Shown piece after piece: positions 1 to 13,491 of a stretch of 64,000 nt of DNA (its first letter is position 1; the number at the start of each line of letters is the position of its first letter). The notes beneath the pieces were generated by a model. The model did no database searches and had not been told where the DNA came from. It saw nothing but the letters and a program-made list of their open reading frames with translations. Made by a program: the position numbers and the translations under genes. Source of the stretch: Octopus vulgaris (taxonomy: Eukaryota); assembly GCA_951406725.2 (NCBI GenBank), contig OX597816.1:138756001-138820000 (forward strand), given 5' to 3'.

Positions 1-133
1 ATGTGGGTACATGACTCCACGAATAACATACACATGAGAAATAGTTACCAAGACGTGGACTGTAATTACAGGACAAAAATGAGTGAAATACGTAAACAAT
101 GGGAATGTATATATATATATATATATAATCCTT

Positions 134-289
134 GTGTGGTAAGAAGCTTGCTTCCGAACCACATGGTACCTGGTTCAGTCCCACTGCGTGCTACCTGGGG
201 TAAGTGTCTTCTACTCTCGTCTCAGACCGACAAAGGCCTTGTGAGTGAAATTGGCAGACGGAAACTGAAAGAACCACGTCGTACATACA

Positions 290-337
<48 letters not shown>

Positions 338-398
338 TGTGTGTGTGTGTGTGTTTGTGTGTGTGTAGATATATATATATATATATATATAGATATAT

Positions 399-469
<71 letters not shown>

Positions 470-690
470 TGTACTTTTGTCTTTGTGTATGTGTTTGTCC
501 CCCACCATCGCTTGACAATCGATGTTGGTGTGTTTCTGTCCCCGAAACTTAGCGGTTCGGCGAATTAGACCAATAGAATAAGTACTATGCTCACAAAGAG
601 TAAGTCTTGAGGTCGATTTCTTCGCCTAAAATGGCCCTTATGGTGGTTCTCCAGCATAGCCGCAGACAAATGACTGAAACAAGTGAAAGA
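134..690 (+). mobile_element. tRNA-headed SINE family A (CORE-like body, internal microsatellite)
   Basis: A-box-like tgtgtggtaag, B-box-like ggttcagtccc, core gcgtgctacctgggtaagtg, internal (GA)/(TG)/(TAGA)n, 3' end gcagacaaatgactgaaacaagt. More than 10 copies in the window. Confidence 0.8.
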
Positions 691-739
691 ATATATATAT
701 GTGTGTGTGTATAAATATAAATATATGCGTGTATATTTG

Positions 740-772
<33 letters not shown>

Positions 773-785
773 CACCACCACCACT

Positions 786-1020
786 ACCTATTTCTTTATT
801 ACCCACAAGGGGCTAAACATAGAGGGGACAAACAAGGACAGACATAGGTAATAAGTCGATTACATCGACCCCAGTGCGTAACTGGTACTTAATTTATCGA
901 CCTCGAAAGGATGAAAGGCAAAGTCGACCTTGGCGGAATTTGAACTCAGAACGTAACAGCAGACGAAATACGGCTACGCATTTCGCCCGGCGTGCTAACG
1001 ATTCTGCCAGCTCGCCGCCT
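786..1020 (-). mobile_element. tRNA-headed SINE family B with Nin-domain-like core
   Basis: Minus strand reads ggcggcgagctggcagaatcgttagc...gagttcaaattcc...ggtcgactttgcctttcatcctttcgaggtcgataaattaagtacc, resembling the Nin/Deu SINE core. Many copies. Confidence 0.8.
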
Positions 1021-1031
1021 TACTACTACTA

Positions 1032-1067
<36 letters not shown>

Positions 1068-1618
1068 TTACTACTCACTCGCACACATACTGGAAAAGAT
1101 ATACGTACTAACCTCGAGCAAAAGCAGAAAAAAAAACATAAACCGCACTGAATATACACCTACAATATGCACCCACGCACACACACACATACACACATAT
1201 ACACACAACTATTCTGACTCCGTGTACCAAGCAGCTATATTTATAAATACATTTTTTTTTCATTTTTACACGAATGACATTATGCACTTTCTCATGCACT
1301 CAAGATATTTTCAAACATGTTATTAACCGTATGTAAACACGCAAGCATGCCACCCGCTTACTGTCAGAGCTGTATTTAATGCTTCATTAACACTACCCCA
1401 GTACAGATTAATTACCCGTGAGAAGGCTCGAGTGATGACGGCATAGCCAAGTTTGCTCTTAGACTGCAAATAAATATAGAATTTTTCACAATGACCCCGA
1501 TACTCTTTAGCAGAGACAGTTTAGAGAAAGAGGGTACGAAGGAAATAATATTAAGTCAAGATGGTGTACTTGTGCATGTATGTCTGTATGTTTGTATGTA
1601 TCTCTATATGTACATATC

Positions 1619-1729
<111 letters not shown>

Positions 1730-1950
1730 ATTAATCAATATAGGGTGGCAAAAAATTTTGTAGAATTTTTTTGCCACCAGCAATAGCGGGAAAAAATTAA
1801 ATAGTCATAGACCATTTATAAGTTCAACATCACGATCAAGGAACAGCCATAATAGGCTATTCACCCACTAGAAATAACAGCCAAAGCCTCAACTGCAAAA
1901 TAACATCAATTCCGTAAACAGGAGAAAATTAAAAAAACGTTTACCCTGCA

Positions 1951-2058
1951 ATTTCTTATACGATGCACCGTTTCGTCTACTGTTTAATGGTAAAACTAAC
2001 CTGATTAAATTAAATCAAGCCAATCTTCCATAGGCCCTTAGATTCATCAGTAAGAAAT
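1951..2058 (-). ncRNA. Type I hammerhead ribozyme (canonical core)
   Basis: Reverse-complement copy of 2275-2380. Confidence 0.8.
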
Positions 2059-2274
2059 AGCCATATCGGAACAGATATTTTCACGAGGCATTTCTGTTGC
2101 TGCCTCGGCAATATCTGACCTAAAATTTTCAAATCATCAGACTCGATGGAATCGGCGGCTTATATTTATTTGCTGCCGATAAATTTGGCGCGAGTCTGAT
2201 GATTCGAAAATTTTAGGTCAGATATTGCCGAAGCAACAGAAATGCCTCGTGAAAATATCTGTTCCGATATGGCT

Positions 2275-2380
2275 ATTTCTTACTGATGAATCTAAGGCTA
2301 TGGAAGATTGGCTTGATTTAATTTAATCAGGTTAGTTTTACCATTAAACAGTAGACGAAACGGTGCATCGTATAAGAAAT
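2275..2380 (+). ncRNA. Type I hammerhead ribozyme (canonical core)
   Basis: atttctta-CTGATGA-a-tcta...taga-c-GAAA-cggtgcatcg-TA-taagaaat. 8-bp stem I, quasi-palindromic stem III, GUA site (cut predicted after 2372). Confidence 0.85.
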
Positions 2381-2500
2381 TGCAGGGTAAACGTTTTTTT
2401 AATTTTCTCCTGTTTACGGAATTGATGTTATTTTGCGGTTGAGGCTTTGGCTGTTATTTCTAGTGGGTGAATGGCCTATTATGGCTGTTCCTTGATCGTG

Positions 2501-2574
<74 letters not shown>

Positions 2575-2610
2575 TTATACACATATATATACACATATAT
2601 ACACATATAT

Positions 2611-2792
2611 TCCAAGGAGTCTAATGCTCTTAGCTTAGTTTTTCCTTGGAGCTGGCCCGATTGGAGCAATCTGAAGATTAATCAGCCGAAATTGCGAGGA
2701 TGATCCGGTTCTTGACTGAAGATTAAAGGCTTCGAATGACCCGCCCGTGTTTTTTGTATCGTCTATATGGATGTTTTGCGCTCTTGTCCCAT
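2611..2792 (+). mobile_element. (TA)n-embedded interspersed repeat family C
   Basis: Homologous (reverse complement) to 19950-20170 and 21276-21380. 3' end ttgtcccatt abuts (TA)n. Confidence 0.65.
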
Positions 2793-3596
2793 TATATATA
2801 TATATATATATATAAAGGATATGAGGTGTTTTCGTCAGATTGACTCACACTAATAGGTATGCGTTCTGAGAGCTCAGAAAAGTGTGCCACCAAATTTCCA
2901 GTTTGAACAACAGTTGATGTTGTGATTATGCGATTGCCTTCTTGAAAACGGCTAAACGTGATTTCCCTTAGAGTCGGTAGGTGTAAGTTGAATTAGTGAG
3001 GAAAGGCAAACAACTAGGCAAGGCATGATAAGAATATTTAATTTAATTTAATTCAATTTAATTTAGCTACATAACAAATATTAAAAATGCTCCTGTGAAT
3101 GGTATTCGAAACGCATATATGTAAAATCAAGTGTATTTTATTGTGACTAAAACCTTTGCGATACATGTAAAACATATTCAAAGATATAGTAAACGTACAT
3201 AATTTAATTGTAGAAACTCTACAGTTCACTCGTATACTACAATGATTAAAGCATAAGGATTTACATGAAAGCGACGAACTGTATACTTTCTACTACCTCA
3301 AAACCTGACGAGGAAATTAGATAATTAATCCTTAGTTGTACTATTTCTAGAGACAAATAGTATATCTATGAATAATTGTGAAACCAACTAACCTATGTGC
3401 GTTTGAACTATAGCGTATGTGGCGGAGTATTCCGCAGATGCCTTTTCTCTTAACGTAATCATCATGCTAAATCACTGGAACATAATGTGTAATAAGAGCA
3501 ATCGTTCAAATTAGACGTAGAATCCTTCCGATGCGCTTCTATATTTTCGGTCTGCACAATTTCTCCCACAAAACTAGGCTCGACCTGAGTGTACGG

Positions 3597-3680
3597 TATG
3601 TATGTATGTATGTATGTATGTATGTATGTATGTATGTATGTATGTATGTATGTATGTATGTATGTATGTATGTATGTATG

Positions 3681-3747
<67 letters not shown>
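3597..3747. repeat. Compound microsatellite (TATG)n(TATC)n
   Basis: Directly visible. Confidence 0.95.
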
Positions 3748-4104
3748 GGAGTAAGGTCATTCAACCCTATTATCTCCCCTAATTTCGTCTTTTGTCTATT
3801 TTCATAAAGCTTCCCGTTATATATATATATATAATTAGCTGATCCGCTCCTGTTTTCTATTAACAAAAGTTGGGGTTTTAACTCCTATTTCTAACAGTTA
3901 TGGAATATGAACGCCCTTATGCTTAATGTCAATTTTTAACTTTATAGCTATTTAATGTTATTTAATACCTGTTGACCAATTATTTTATTGTTGCTGATAT
4001 TATCGATTACTTATATTTACTGTAGATAATATTAGCAATAATAATATCTGTATGATTATTCAAATTCGAATATTCTACTCATTATATATATATATATATA
4101 TATG

Positions 4105-4181
<77 letters not shown>

Positions 4182-4499
4182 TATTTGTGGGTTAAAAAAG
4201 CAACCAATAGTTTCATGTGAAGAGAACTTCACAATTGTTTGAGCGTGTCACATACAAGTGTTGATACTCGTCTCATTCTTTTGGATGAGTTCATATTCTG
4301 CATATTCTGCAGAGGTCGACTTTCATCCCTTCATGATCGATAAAATAAGTACCAGTTGCTGGTACTTATTGCTGGCCTAGTGCCGACATTTGAAATCAAT
4401 ATTTAAGTGGGAATAAAGGTAGTAAATGATGGTGGGAAGCAGTAGTATTTCATAAATATTCCTGATGTTAAAATGAACATTTAAACGTTTTGACAAAAG

Positions 4500-4880
4500 T
4501 ACTCAGCTTGTATTTACTTTATCTACCCGTTCTCTGAACGAATGAAAGGGAAGGTTGACTATAGCGGAGTCTGATCTCAGAACACAAAGAGCATTAGAGA
4601 TGCCGCTGTTTTTGTGCGACGCACTAACGATTCTGCCAGCTAGCCGCTTTTACTTATGTTAAAACAATAGTTTCCTGTTATAGGTACAAACCTTAAAATT
4701 TGGGGTAGGCCGGAACTAGGTGATTTCACCGATACTAGTAGTTGACTGGTATTTATTTTATCGAGCCCAGAAGAATGAAAAGCTAAGATGACCACATCGG
4801 AATTTGAACTCAGAACCCAAAGAGTAGAAAGAAGCGCCGTTAGGAATTTTAGCGGATGTACTAACGATTCTTCCAACTTG
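4500..4880 (-). mobile_element. Two degenerate SINE family B copies
   Basis: Diverged matches to aatttgaactcagaac...ctaacgattctgccagct. Confidence 0.65.
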
Positions 4881-6186
4881 GCTCCTTGACTGATTATAAA
4901 ATCAAAACCTTAGATATTTTAATTATGTGGAACTTAGCTGGGGCTTCCTTAGTTTAACGAAAATAATAGGTAAGTCTCACACTGGGTAAAATGCCAGACT
5001 GACAGATAACATTTACCAGAAAATTAGAGGCGTAAACGAGTTAATAAGGCAACACAATAGTGAAATGTAAAACATGATATATAGTCGGCTCGCCAGAAGC
5101 TTGGTTCTTTAGCCTACCTCTTTCAATAATCCAATAATTTAACACTGAAAACGATTTATGAGGAGTTATGATGGAGGAGAAATTGAAAGCGCAGAAGTCA
5201 CCGATATCTTAGAAAAAAAAGGAAGACAGAAAGCAAAAGAATAAGAAAAGAAAGAAATGTGAGAAGTTAAAAGACTGGATGAAACGAAAGGGGAAAGTTA
5301 GAGAAACTGAATACAAAATAATAAAAAAATTAATAAAAAGTAAACAAAACAAAACTGTAGCGAAGATTCTTGTTTATTTGAGGGAACTTTTGCCCGTTGG
5401 GTTAGAAATAGTACGCACTAAAAGGCTTGTTGACAGTATTATATTTGTCGCAATCAACGTTTAACAAATCTGTCTAGTTTTATAGTCTGCTCTCTCTCTC
5501 GCCCTCTCTCTCATCTCTTTCTCTCTTTCTTTCTCTTTCCTTCGGTCTTTCATTCTCTCTATCTGTCTTCCCTTACCCCGCTCTGCCTGGATTCCAAGTT
5601 TACATACATACCATACTGAAATAAATATATAAATTTGAAAGCCAAAAATTCTTGTTGCATAGCAAACTATATAAAGCGTGAAAGTAATATTATGCTTATG
5701 GACTATAAACATGTAATAAATTAGAGAAATTTAAAGGTTTTGTGTTTCGTTCAATGATAGCATCTTAAGGAGATGTTCTTCATTTCTCCATGCTATAAGC
5801 AAACATTCTCCAAGACATTCTGTCATTCTGCTTTAATAATTCGGCTCAGTGACCATGGGTTGATTTGCAAGAAAGATCTTGGAGAAGTACGTTTTTGCAG
5901 CTTTATCTACCAAACACTAAGACACGCCAATGCTCAAGTTTTCTAAGGTGCCAAACAAATGGCCTGTTTTATGGTTATTTACTGCGTCATAGACTTTCAC
6001 CCTTCCTTCTTCTCTTCCATTCCCACCTTCTGTAGAATTCACTCCATTCTATCTTTCTTTCTCTTTCTCCTTTGTTTAATGACTTTCACAGTATTATTAC
6101 ATTTCTTCACTATCGGATGTCTCCTTTCACCTTCTATGAACTTATGCTAAACATCATGGAATGTTTCTATTTTATCTTCTCATACA

Positions 6187-6257
<71 letters not shown>

Positions 6258-6352
6258 GTATATATATATATGTATGTGTATATATAGATGTATATATATA
6301 TATATATGCATGCATACACATATGTGAGTGGGGTGTATGTATATATGCATAC

Positions 6353-6720
6353 AGGCGTGGCTGTATGGTAAGAAGCTTCCTTCTCAATCACACTGTCCGG
6401 GTTCGTCCTACTGCGTGGCAGTTTGGACGGGTGTCTTCTGCTATAGCCTCGGGCCGACCAGAGCCTTGTGAATGGGTTTGGTAGATGGAAAATATATGAG
6501 TGTGTGTGTGAATGTGTGTGTGTGTGTTTCTGTTTGCCTCTCTCCCCACCGTCACTTGACAAACAGTGTTGGTGTGTTTATGTACCTGTAGTTTAGCTGT
6601 TTGGCACAAAAGACCAGGTTTACAATGAATAAATACATGGGTCGATTTCTTCGACTAAAAGGCGGTGTTCCAGCATGGCCACAGTCAAATGACTGAAACA
6701 AGTAAAAGAATAAAAGAATA
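6353..6720 (+). mobile_element. SINE family A
   Basis: ggcgtggctgtatggtaagaagc...gtcaaatgactgaaacaagtaaaaga. Confidence 0.8.
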
Positions 6721-6788
6721 TATTTAGAAATATGTAATGCATACATATTTATGCATATATATGCTTGTATATACATACATGTATACTT

Positions 6789-6838
<50 letters not shown>

Positions 6839-6908
6839 GAAAGTTTACGAAAATAAACAAAAGACGGAGGCAGGTGGTGTACAAACAAACAGATGTATTA
6901 GTATAGCG

Positions 6909-7192
6909 TGATTCATATCGAGCCCTTCTGGGTATTAGCGCACGTCTACGATGAGTCTACGTTTTAAAAAAAAAATTACCATCAATTTTTCACATTTTTA
7001 ATGCATTTTTGGCATATATAAGGGAAGTAACTCTCTAAAGATTTATTATTAAATCTCAGAACGTAAAAAGCTACAGTAACCCCCCCCCTTTGTGATTAGC
7101 CATATTGAGATGGCTATTATACTTTACATCTCTAAAAATGCTTATATAGTTATTTCCCTTACGAACCCGAGCAACACCGGGCGATACTGCTA

Positions 7193-7193
<1 letters not shown>
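6909..7193 (+). mobile_element. Helitron-like 3' terminal fragment
   Basis: GC-rich hairpin cccgagcaacaccggg (7166-7181), 8-nt spacer, then CTAG followed by T: the canonical Helitron 3' signature. 5' boundary approximate. Confidence 0.65.
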
Positions 7194-7227
<34 letters not shown>

Positions 7228-7326
7228 TAATCCTCCAAACAAGAAAACACAAAAAAACACAACAACGCGAGGACGTGGAACAAATATAGTATTATTGGAC
7301 GCTCAGGAAAGAAGGGAAGACGGAGG

Positions 7327-7361
7327 GTTTAATATTTCGAGCGGAGCTCTTCGTCGGAAAC
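7327..7361 (-). ncRNA. Minimal hammerhead-like motif, U4C core
   Basis: gttt-CCGACGA-a-gagc tcc gctc-GAAA-ta-TT-aaac. Confidence 0.55.
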
Positions 7362-7516
7362 ATAGGAGAAGGAAAGATCCCGAGAAGGGAAGACAGAGGA
7401 AAAAAATCGCCAACGGTACACACGAGGTCACATTTTACGAAAATAAACAAAAGACGAAGGCAGGTGGTGTACAAACAAACAGATGTATTAGTATAGCGCT
7501 CAGGAATAGAAAAGGT

Positions 7517-7553
7517 CTTTTACGTTTCGAGCCTATGGTCTTCTACAGAAAAG
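7517..7553 (-). ncRNA. Minimal hammerhead-like motif, A6U core
   Basis: ctttt-CTGTAGA-a-gacc atag gctc-GAAA-cg-TA-aaag. Confidence 0.5.
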
Positions 7554-7620
7554 TACACAGAAAAAACAAGGAGAAAAAAATGTGTGTAGTAGCTAACGAT
7601 CTATCATGGCGTCTAACTTC

Positions 7621-7663
<43 letters not shown>

Positions 7664-8663
7664 GGCAGACAGAGAGACACAAATAAATATGCGTACACTC
7701 ATACACACGTACACGCATACATGTGCCCATTCATACAGATACTAACATGACACGAGTATACAGAAAAGAAACGCGAACACACACACACACGCACGCACTC
7801 TCTCTCTCTCTCACACGCACAAACAGAAAAAAGAATTACGTATGCGTTCACATACAGAGAGAGAGAGAGAGAGAGACACACATATACACACGCGCGCGCA
7901 GACACACACACAAACACAGAAATACACGCATATACACATATATTCTCATATTCATATAGGTTTATCAGATCAGATCTACGTATTATAATAACGTATGTCC
8001 TACGCTTCTATATTTTTCATCCTCAGGTACAAACTACATTATTTCTACTTATTTATCTAAAATGCTCCAAAGCATTTAGCTTTTTGTAAAGTACATTTTT
8101 CATATAATACCTTCTTTATTTTTCATATAATACCTTCTTTTTTCTTTTTTATTCAGAGCTTGTCTATATATTGTTCTTAAGTCATATATTCAAATATTTA
8201 AAAGTTTCCAAACAATCGAACACTAGTGCGTTTAACCAAATAATTTAAAGATGCCCCCCTAATTTAGATGGGGTTGGGAAGTGTTACCATCTTCAATACT
8301 TCCTATACACACACACATATTTTATTTTGCTTACTTGTTTTAGTCGAATACACCAACCATTAAGCTAAACACATAAGTGAAATAGTCAAACTTCTTTCGT
8401 CTTTGTTCGCAACCTTTTTAGTGGTTTACTGGCTTCTGTTTACCTCTGCAACATCCACTCTGGGAGGACTTGGAGAGGGAAGAGGAACAATAGAAAGGTG
8501 GCAACAATAAAGAAGTGGTGTTGAACCAGTGCTTGTGTGAGTATTATTGGCGTAATGACCTATCTATCCCATCTATCTTTTATCTTTCACCTGATTCAGT
8601 TATTAGACTGCGGCCATGCTAGGGTGTTCCCTTGACGAATTTTAGTCAAATCAATCGATCCCA

Positions 8664-8743
<80 letters not shown>

Positions 8744-8766
8744 GTATGTATGTATGTATGTATGCA

Positions 8767-8861
<95 letters not shown>

Positions 8862-9536
8862 ACCAAGACAGAGAGAGCAAATTTCAAAGGTCACTGTTCA
8901 GATTCATTTAATACATTTCAGAGCGTCGGAAATACTCCACAGTTTACATAGATATTCCAAATAGGTGAGAAATTTGGTATAAAATGATTTTTAAAGGCAT
9001 CTCGAGCAGGTGCAAATCTGACGACCGTGTCTAGAAGTTATAGGTTGGTATGGGCGAATTGATTCCAACCATAACAATCATATATATTTCTCTCATCAGA
9101 GTTAATCTAAAGGGTTTATAAAAGAGTTATTTAAATCTTAAAGTTTTAAGCAATTGAAGAATTTTTAAAAACTGAATGCTGTGTTAGAATATACTGTTAA
9201 GGCGGATAATATAATAAGACCTAAAAAATACATATTGAATTATGAAGCTATAGAAAATATTGTTTGAACATGAATCCCAGTACATAAAGGGTAACTAGGT
9301 TGAGATTATATAAAATAATTATTTTTGGAAAAAAATTTAATGTTGATAAATATTTATGTCTACAAAGAATAATGACATCCGAGATCTTGTTAACTGAAAC
9401 ATTTTTGTCAGCACGGAGTATACAGATCACTTCTTTTGTGCATAATTTGCAGTTTCTGGTGTGTGTATTGTATGGTGTGGTGTATGTATGTATGTATGTA
9501 TGTATGTATGTATGTATGTATGTATGTATGTATGTA

Positions 9537-9587
<51 letters not shown>

Positions 9588-9594
<7 letters not shown>

Positions 9595-9937
9595 GTGAGG
9601 GAAGAAATGGAGCTGAACGAAGATTTTACAAAATTCCTTTTTATTATTTTCTACATATGTTTCAAAGGCTGCAAAGTCCCTAATTCGGATTGAATAAGGA
9701 GACCATTTTGCAGCCTTCTCTTCGGGAAAATCCAGGAACTTAAATCTCCAACAAAATGCGCAGCAAGCTTTTCGACAAACGCTCTCTAGGAGCCCATGGT
9801 ATGAGAAGGCTGCAAGATGGTCTCCTTATTCAATCCGAATTAGGGACTTTGCAGCCTTTGAAACATATGTAGAAAATAATAAAAAGGAATTTTGTAAAAT
9901 CTTCGTTCAGCTCCATTTCTTCCCTCACTAAATATAT
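9588..9937. mobile_element. Fold-back element next to (TA)n, PLE pseudo-LTR-like
   Basis: Arms ~9588-9720 and ~9803-9937 are near-perfect reverse complements. Confidence 0.85.
9646..9731 (-). ncRNA. Type I hammerhead ribozyme, U4C core
   Basis: attttc-CCGAAGA-gaaggctgcaa...ttgcagccttt-GAAA-catatg-TA-gaaaat. 6-bp stem I, 11-bp stem II, palindromic stem III. Confidence 0.75.
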
Positions 9938-10086
9938 AAAACTTCAAATTTCCGCACTAAGGCACGGTTTTGAGACCCCATGGTCGTAACCTCAATCGTG
10001 ATTTTTCTGTTGTGATTTTTGCTACCCAGGTATCGGTTATAATTTGAATAATCCGTAACAAGATAATTCATTTATCCATTTCAATA

Positions 10087-10169
<83 letters not shown>

Positions 10170-10171
<2 letters not shown>

Positions 10172-10402
10172 CGGGAAGCTTTATGAAAATAGACAAAAGA
10201 CGAAGGCAGGTTTACGGAAATAAACAAAAGACGAAGGCAGGTGGAATACAAACAAACAATTGTATTAGTATGGCGCTCAGGAAATATAAATAAAACAAGT
10301 CTTTAACGTTTCGAGCCTACGCTCTTCAACAGAAAGAAACAGAGAAGAAACACAGAAAGAAGCAGAGAAAAAAAATGCGTGCAGAGGCTAGCGAATCAAC
10401 AT
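10170..10402 (-). mobile_element. Short (TA)n-embedded element family E
   Basis: Shared terminus gaaaataaacaaaagacgaaggcaggtgg (locally duplicated). Contains the motif at 10300-10337. Confidence 0.75.
10300..10337 (-). ncRNA. Minimal hammerhead-like motif, A6U core
   Basis: tcttt-CTGTTGA-a-gagc gtag gctc-GAAA-cg-TT-aaaga. 5-bp stem I, AACGTT palindrome. Confidence 0.6.
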
Positions 10403-12512
10403 GTATATACGTCTGTCTGTATATGTATGTATGCACATATAAGCGCTTACTCATTCTTATATACTTGCTCGCTGCAGATCCTACATGACTGTATTAGGTT
10501 ATTAACTGGTATCGGAAGGGCGGTGATACCTCATACTTTACCGCTAAAAATTATTGGATATTAGATACACTTTCAGTAGCGAGGAAATGTTTGCTTTTTA
10601 TAAAATATAATAAAAATATAACTCTGTTTTTGCATATTTTAAAAATATTTTTGCATATTTTTTTTAATATTTTTGATTTCTGAAATATGATTAAATGTCG
10701 ATTTAAAACAGCGGGAACTTTCCATATTTGTATAGCTATATACTGTATAGTTAAATTATCAAAAATCAATTCGGTCACATTGAAATGTTCTATCGACCTA
10801 TAACGATTTTCCATCGGAAGAAACTAATAAATTAATTCTTACGTTATCTGCCGCATTTAGCTCAGTATCGTCAGATTCTGCACTCCGTAAGACAACAATT
10901 GTGTATATGCGATTCAGAAGACAAAATGAATCAAGACAATGATTTACAATCTTATTTCGACCTATGGGCCCCTTTGATTCCCTTTTACTCTGGTGGATCC
11001 CCATAGTAATTCGATGCTTTAAAAAATCCTATTCTATTCTTGTAATTAAATACTATTAAGAATTGTATAAAATCTGTGTAAATATTTTGATTTAATGCGC
11101 ATAAGTTTTAACAAACTAAATTCCATGGAAAATGAATATTCACTAGGAAAATAAGTTATATACATGAGAATATATTTAATTAGAAGAAAACTACTATTTT
11201 CGTGTTATTTTATTTAATGCAAGACTTGTGGTTCATATGTTGATCTGCTAGTTTTGCAAAATTTGGTTCCAGCGTTGTCAATGATAATCAGTTGTCACCT
11301 CCTTTTGCCGTATCGAGTCAGTTACGAGCTTTTGACAGTGAGTTAGCAAAGGCAACGAGAAACTACTCCAGGATTCATCTCACGTCTAGTCCTGGATGGC
11401 TTTTGTTCCAGTAGTCTACTCAACGGCAACAGAGGAGGTCACGGGCCATCTCAGGTCGTGTAGAGAATGCGAGAGTATGTTAACATGCATGGAAGCTGTC
11501 CAAGAGCAGACCAACACTGAACTAGAGTATTTGTTAACCCAAATAAAGGCAGAAATGAGAGAGTTTAAACACTACTATGTCGAGTGTTAGAGAAAGAACC
11601 GAGTGATTTCTTGCAATAAGTACGTCTAATACAAAACTTTTCTCATGGACACCTAAAATAGTAGCATGGACACCCAATTTACTATTTTGCTTCCACGGAC
11701 CTCACAAAATCTTATATGGTCCCCCATGCAAACACCAGGGATCATATGGGCCCTAGTTCACGGAGTTAAGCGAGATCCTGGTACTAAGTTAAATTGATGA
11801 ACTGCTGGCGCCCGAAAAAATTTCTGAATTGCTTGAAGTAAATCCTTTAATTTCGGGAAAGGAGGAATCTTTTGATTAAATTTTTAATTATTCTGAAGGA
11901 AAGGGGGAGATAATTTCATGAAATATCAATATTTCGTAGTTTATATGTTTAAGGAAAACATTAGTCTTTGTTAACAGGTTAGAGGCCTTAAATCGCATGA
12001 TTCGAGACTATAACCTAACATAGCTTTCTTGATCAAATATACGAGAAAGCTTTTTTGGAATAAATAATTTATGATAAATTATTGATAAGTCTCGGCATAG
12101 AAATCTTTCGACATATTCCCTTTGAGAATTTTTAAAGCTTTGATACATTCCAATTACTCGAGCTTAGCTAAATTATTATGTCCTGAGAACGACTTCAAAG
12201 TTAAATTACTCAGCGCTAACAATAATGTCATGCAGGTTAAGAACATATAATGGGGGTCAGACATAGGGTAATGTAATCGATAATAAAAACTATAAAATTG
12301 CGAGTATCAACCACTTAATAAAAAAACGATGCTTTTACAAGATTTATGTCAAATCAAGATATATTTATGGAAGAATATCATTGAACAATTAAAACTAAAA
12401 TAGAAATACGCCAGAATTTCGATAGTCCTTCATCGAAGTCTTTTGATTCATTGAAATGGAAAAGAGGATGATGATCATCATCATCATCAACATCATCATC
12501 ATCAGCAGCAGC

Positions 12513-12568
<56 letters not shown>

Positions 12569-12629
12569 CCTTTCTAATGAAATTCATACTAAAGCACAAA
12601 AAGCTGAAATGGGGAGAGGCCTTTCTACT

Positions 12630-13412
12630 AAAGGCACAAAGCCTGAAATTTTGGGGAAGGGAAGGTGACTAGTCGAATAGATCGACCACAGGGTTTCACT
12701 GGTACTTAATTTATCAACCCCGAAAGATTATAAGAGGGAGCCAAACCTGGCAGAACTTGAACTCAGATTGTAAAGATGGACGAAATGCCGCTAAGCATGT
12801 CGCCCGGGCATGCTAATGATTCTGCCAGCTCGCCGCCTATTTTGGCTTCAAATTTTGGCACAAGGCCGACAAGTTCAAGGGAAGGGCTAGGTCAATTAGA
12901 CTGACCCAAGTGATGAACTGATACTAATTTTACCAACCCCGAAACGATGAAAGGCAAAGTCGACCTCGGCGAAATTTGAACTCAGAATGTGAAGACGGAC
13001 TAAAGGCCGCTAAACATTTCGTCCGGTGTGCTATTCTTCTTCGGAACAGGAAAGATTTTCAGATGGGAACTTGAAAAATATTATTGAAAGGTTGTGCATA
13101 TCTAAATTTAAATGTAGCAACCTGTTACCCGCATAAATTCTACCAGGAATAACACCAAACTTGAGTCAAATCGAAAAATATTATTAATAACAATAATAAT
13201 CCCTTCTACTGGAAACACCAGGCCTCAAATTTATGGCAAGGGATTAAGACGATTACATCGACCCCAGTGCGTAATAGGTACTAATTTTATTGATTCCAAA
13301 TAGATGAAAGGCAAAGTCGACTTCGGCAGAACTTGAGCTCAGATTGTAAAGATGGACGAAATACCGCTAAGCATTTCGCCCGGCATGCTAATGATTCTAC
13401 CAACTCGTTGCC

Positions 13413-13414
<2 letters not shown>
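12630..13414 (-). mobile_element. Cluster of three SINE family B copies
   Basis: Repeated gaaaggcaaagtcgacctcggc/aacttgaactcag blocks at ~12630-12840, 12850-13030 and 13200-13414. Confidence 0.75.

Positions 13415-13489
<75 letters not shown>

Positions 13490-13491
<2 letters not shown>

Larger units (their letters stand above)
1829..2502. mobile_element. Fold-back (inverted-repeat) element in (TA)n, PLE pseudo-LTR-like
   Basis: Arms ~1829-2144 and ~2190-2502 are near-perfect reverse complements. Each arm carries a hammerhead motif. Flanked by (TA)n. Confidence 0.85.
7224..7612 (-). mobile_element. Composite of two short (TA)n-embedded elements (families D and E), each with a minimal hammerhead-like motif
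   Basis: 7224-7430 matches 30062-30265. 7433-7612 matches 10170-10402, 21955-22147, 24150-24352 and 52640-52775. Confidence 0.75.

Noticed and set aside
2195-2210. Second CTGATGA..GAAA in the fold-back arm
   Set aside because: Only 3 nt between the core strands; no stem II and no stem I pairing.
2666-2745. Two CTGAAGA motifs in family C
   Set aside because: The first is not conserved in the 19950-20170 copy. The second is followed by GAAT with no consistent stems.
8900-9110. Minus-strand CTGATGA-gag...ctc-t-GAAA in a (TA)n-adjacent insert
   Set aside because: Loop 2 of ~165 nt and no convincing stem I. Possible relic but unsupported.
11340-11590. 64-aa ORF with a gag-like Q..ET...FI.RL segment upstream
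   Set aside because: Too short and broken to assign without a search.
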